Assembly: GCA_965195345.1 (NCBI GenBank)
Contig: OZ239628.1
Coordinates: 387,940-419,939, forward strand
Direction of reading: 5' to 3'
DNA from: an uncultured Thiomicrospira sp.
Lineage (GTDB): Bacteria > Pseudomonadota > Gammaproteobacteria > CAKMZV01
DNA length: 32,000 bases
Position numbers and translations under genes: made by a program. Shown piece by piece: positions 28,900 through 32,000 of the stretch. The notes under the pieces are model-generated. The model made no database searches and was not told the DNA's origin. It worked only from the letters and a program-made list of their open reading frames with translations. Position 1 is the first letter of the stretch. Every line of letters starts with the position of its first letter.

Positions 28900-29511
28900 T
28901 TACCGTCTTTTTGACAAAACTTCGTCAACCAATCCGTATTCTTTGGCTTCCTCTGCGCTTAAAAAGTTATCTCTATCAGTGTCTTTGCTCACTTGATTGA
29001 TGCTTTTCCCAGTATGGTGAGACATGATGTTATTCAAGGTTTCTCGGGCTTTTAATATTTCTTTCGCATGAATTTCTATGTCACTTGCTTGTCCGTGAAA
29101 TCCGCCCAAAGGTTGGTGGATCATCACGCGCGAGTTTGGTAAACAAAAACGTTTGCCAGTTGTACCAGCCGCTAATAGTAGAGCACCCATGCTGGCAGCC
29201 TGCCCTAAACACATTGTGTTAACTTCAGGTGTAATGTATTGCATGGTATCGTATATAGATAGACCAGCAGTGACTGAACCACCAGGAGAGTTTATGTAGA
29301 AGTGGATGTCTTTTTTTGAGTTTTCAGATTCGAGGAAAAGGAATTGAGCAACAATCAAATTTGCTGTTTCATCGGTGACTGGACCAACTAAAAAAATAAC
29401 ACGCTCACGCAGAAGTCTGGAATAAATATCAAATGAGCGCTCCCCTCTACCACTCTGTTCAATAACCATTGGTACAAGGGTATTGTTTTCAATTGGTCGA
29501 TTTTTGTTCAT
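28900..29511 (-). CDS. clpP: ATP-dependent Clp protease proteolytic subunit; start chosen at MNKNRPIE, the ORF-track start is 29595
   Basis: [43 protein letters not shown] (active Ser), [20 protein letters not shown]. Confidence 0.97.
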   Translation of the reverse strand: MNKNRPIENNTLVPMVIEQSGRGERSFDIYSRLLRERVIFLVGPVTDETANLIVAQFLFLESENSKKDIHFYINSPGGSVTAGLSIYDTMQYITPEVNTMCLGQAASMGALLLAAGTTGKRFCLPNSRVMIHQPLGGFHGQASDIEIHAKEILKARETLNNIMSHHTGKSINQVSKDTDRDNFLSAEEAKEYGLVDEVLSKRR

Positions 29512-29545
29512 ATCTGATCCTTGAGACACTACTGTTTTATTTGGT

Positions 29546-30853
29546 TTAATTCCTAAGCGAACTGAGAGGAATCTGTTCAAAAGTTGCTTTGACACTTTCC
29601 ATCAAAACGTTGATGATTTGTTTTTCAAGAACGGAATTTTCTAAATCAGCCCGCACATTTTTATTTTCAGTGAAGTATTTGCGAGCCTCTTCACGGTTTG
29701 GATAATGAACTATTTGCTCCTCAATGGTTTGGTTTAGCAAATCTTCGTCCAATTTAATGTCATGATGAACGATTAACTCACGTAATATCAATCCTAATTT
29801 CACGCGTTTGACTGCATCTTCTTTTGCCCCTTGCTCCTTTAAATCCTCATCGCTTGAAACGGGGGATTGAGACATTTTTTGGCGGTCCTGAATCTGTTTT
29901 ATTATGCTTTTTATTTCCTCATCAATCATATGCTGAGGAATGGGGAAGTCGTGTTTTTCAAGCAGCAGATCGAAAAGACTTTGTCTATTGTTGCGATAGC
30001 TGAGTTGTTCAGCTTCATTTTCAAGACGTTTTTTAATGTCTTCTCGTAATGCTTCAACAGTCCCTTCTTTAATTCCAATGGATTGGATATATTCTTCGTT
30101 AATCTCAAACGGCTTGGGGGCTTCGATGTTTTTAACGATGCAACGAAACTCAACGTTTTCTCCAGCCAAGTCCTTTGCATGATAGGTTTCGGGAAAGGTT
30201 AGTGAAAAGGTTTTATTGTCTCCTTTACTCTGACCAAGCAAAGCATCTTCAAAACCTGGAATCATTTGTCCTTTACCAAGGACAAGTTTAAAATCGGTTG
30301 CTTGCCCGCCTTCAAAAGGCTTGTCGTCTTTAAATCCTTCGAAATCAATTGTTATTTGATCGCCATCAATCGCCGCACGATCCACCTCACTCCAAGTGGT
30401 ATTGTTATCCTTAAGACTATCCATAGTGGCGTCAATGTCAGACTCCTCAACAACTGGTTTGACAAGCTTAATTTTGAGTGTTGCTGTTTTAGCGAGAGTA
30501 ATTTCTGGAAATACTTCAAATGTAACAACGAACTTAACGTTATCATCCTCAAGATTTTCGATGCTAGTAATTTTTGGTGCGCCAACAATACTTAGCTTGT
30601 TTTCTTGGATGGCTTTGTATGTGTTTTGATCAATTTGATCATGAATGATTTCGTCTCGAATTTCTTTCCCGTAGCGCTGTTGCAGGAATGAAAATGGAAC
30701 TTTACCCGGTCGAAATCCGTCAATACGAGTACGATTGCCGATTTTCTGCAAACGCTCTTTCATTAAAGCAGGCAGATTTTTTACAGGAAACTCAATCGTT
30801 AATGTTTTTTCAATGGGACTGTTAGGGGAATTTTCAACGTTTGCTTTCATCAA
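29546..30853 (-). CDS. tig: Trigger factor (peptidyl-prolyl isomerase)
   Basis: [44 protein letters not shown]-like [20 protein letters not shown], location next to clpP. Confidence 0.95.
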   Translation of the reverse strand: MMKANVENSPNSPIEKTLTIEFPVKNLPALMKERLQKIGNRTRIDGFRPGKVPFSFLQQRYGKEIRDEIIHDQIDQNTYKAIQENKLSIVGAPKITSIENLEDDNVKFVVTFEVFPEITLAKTATLKIKLVKPVVEESDIDATMDSLKDNNTTWSEVDRAAIDGDQITIDFEGFKDDKPFEGGQATDFKLVLGKGQMIPGFEDALLGQSKGDNKTFSLTFPETYHAKDLAGENVEFRCIVKNIEAPKPFEINEEYIQSIGIKEGTVEALREDIKKRLENEAEQLSYRNNRQSLFDLLLEKHDFPIPQHMIDEEIKSIIKQIQDRQKMSQSPVSSDEDLKEQGAKEDAVKRVKLGLILRELIVHHDIKLDEDLLNQTIEEQIVHYPNREEARKYFTENKNVRADLENSVLEKQIINVLMESVKATFEQIPLSSLRN

Positions 30854-30980
30854 CTAGCTCAAAAGGGAGAGGGACTTAAATATTAAAGTGTGCCTTTTCG
30901 GTTTTTTTGATAAAAAACACCGTAAGACATGCGGAAATTGGAAATCAATAATCAGCTGAAACGATTAAGTTGTTTCGTGT

Positions 30981-31106
30981 TCAACGCTGACGCGCCTTAA
31001 ATCGAGGGTCAGACTTACAAATCACAAAAATCTTGCCACGGCGGCGTACAACTTGACAATCTTTGTGGCGTTTCTTTGCAGATTTCAATGAGGATACAAT
31101 TTTCAT
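30981..31106 (-). CDS. rpmJ: 50S ribosomal protein L36, type B (YkgO-like); not in ORF track
   Basis: Read by hand: [41 protein letters not shown]. Confidence 0.92.
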   Translation of the reverse strand: MKIVSSLKSAKKRHKDCQVVRRRGKIFVICKSDPRFKARQR

Positions 31107-31340
31107 AATGCAACTAATGTGTTGGTAAAATTAGAACGGCGTGCATTATACGGTGCGAACACGATGAAAATTTGTTTTTTTTAGCTTAGATTACAGATAA
31201 GAGTTGAAACTTGGTACATTCTGTCGTAATATTTGCACATTGATATGCTAATTAGTTCACTTTGAAAATTTTTTCCCATTCTGTCTTGGCAGACTTTCTG
31301 TTCATTCGAATAGCTTTGCTATACATTTTACATACTGCGT

Positions 31341-32000
31341 ATGCTCGATCATAAAATCCAACTTCTCCCCGAGAATAATGATTATTTGCGGTGTTTAGGG
31401 GGTGTTGAGAATAATCGAATTTCTTTTTTGGAAGTGCATTATGACGTTCGTATTTCTCAAAGAGGCTTTAAAATGCGCATACAAGGGAATGATATTGACT
31501 GCATACGTGCTGGAAAAGTTATATTAGGGTTGTATGAAGAAGCAAAAAAGGGAGAGATTGATGATAAGAGCATGTTCAGTATGTTAAATCAATTTGATAA
31601 AAAAGGAAATCAAATTTTGCCAATTGTATATGCAACGTTTCAAGCCGGAGATAAGACTATTAAGGCGCGAAATACTTCTCAACAGCGCTTTATTGAGCTA
31701 ATGAACGAAAAAGATGTTGTATTTGGCATCGGACCTGCGGGAACAGGTAAGACCTATTTGGCGGTGGCTAAAGCAGTGGAGTCTTTAGAGCGTCGAGACA
31801 TAAAGCGCATTGTGTTGACACGCCCTGCCGTTGAAGCTGGGGAGAAATTGGGTTTTTTGCCTGGAGATTTAAGTCAAAAAATTGACCCGTACCTGCGCCC
31901 CTTATATGATGCATTGTTTGAAATGTTGGGTTCGAGGAAAGTTGAAAAATTGATCGCTAAAAATATAATTGAAATAGCACCATTGGCTTTTATGCGTGGT
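31341..32000 (+). CDS. PhoH-family ATPase (YbeZ-like), N-terminal part, truncated by the window edge
   Basis: Open frame from ATG 31341 (MLDHKIQLLPENNDYLRCLGGVENNRISFLEVHYDVRISQRGFKMRIQG...) with GIGPAGTGKTYLAVAKAVESL and VLTRPAVEAGEKLGFLPGDLSQKIDPYLRPLYDAL. Confidence 0.92.
   Translation, partial: MLDHKIQLLPENNDYLRCLGGVENNRISFLEVHYDVRISQRGFKMRIQGNDIDCIRAGKVILGLYEEAKKGEIDDKSMFSMLNQFDKKGNQILPIVYATFQAGDKTIKARNTSQQRFIELMNEKDVVFGIGPAGTGKTYLAVAKAVESLERRDIKRIVLTRPAVEAGEKLGFLPGDLSQKIDPYLRPLYDALFEMLGSRKVEKLIAKNIIEIAPLAFMRG

Noticed and set aside
1-32000. CRISPR array, transposase, integrase, prophage genes, tRNA or rRNA
   Set aside because: None recognised on scanning coding and intergenic sequence. 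The window looks like ordinary core chromosome apart from the motor cluster. Intergenic tRNAs were checked only by eye.

Overview
A 32 kb chromosomal window, probably gammaproteobacterial (inference from gene content). No mobile element, CRISPR array, rRNA or tRNA was recognised. Left to right it holds: the C-terminus of a MOSC-domain protein; msrA; a large lipoprotein with an HEYIH motif; a DMGDH/sarcosine-dehydrogenase-like FAD/GcvT oxidoreductase; pntB and pntA; an NAD-dependent molybdenum formate dehydrogenase cluster (fdhD, small protein, fdsG, fdsB, fdsA, fdsD); an unusual six-gene cluster (about 15165-22210); a trhP-like U32 peptidase gene, a small membrane ORF, a CPBP protease gene and a phosphoribosyltransferase gene; gmk, dnaN, dnaA; lipB, clpP, tig; a type B rpmJ missing from the ORF track; and the start of a PhoH-family ATPase gene, also missing from the track. 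The main discovery candidate is the 15165-22210 cluster. Its central gene (16989-19172) appears to encode a natural fusion of the C-terminal periplasmic part and second transmembrane helix of FliF (MS-ring) to a FliG-like switch/torque region. It is followed by MotA-like and MotB-like stator genes and surrounded by a TPR lipoprotein and two predicted outer-membrane proteins. No flagellar export, rod, hook or filament gene is present in the window. This looks like a compact, ion-driven, possibly rotary envelope motor. The homology calls are by eye and need HHpred and structure prediction to confirm.
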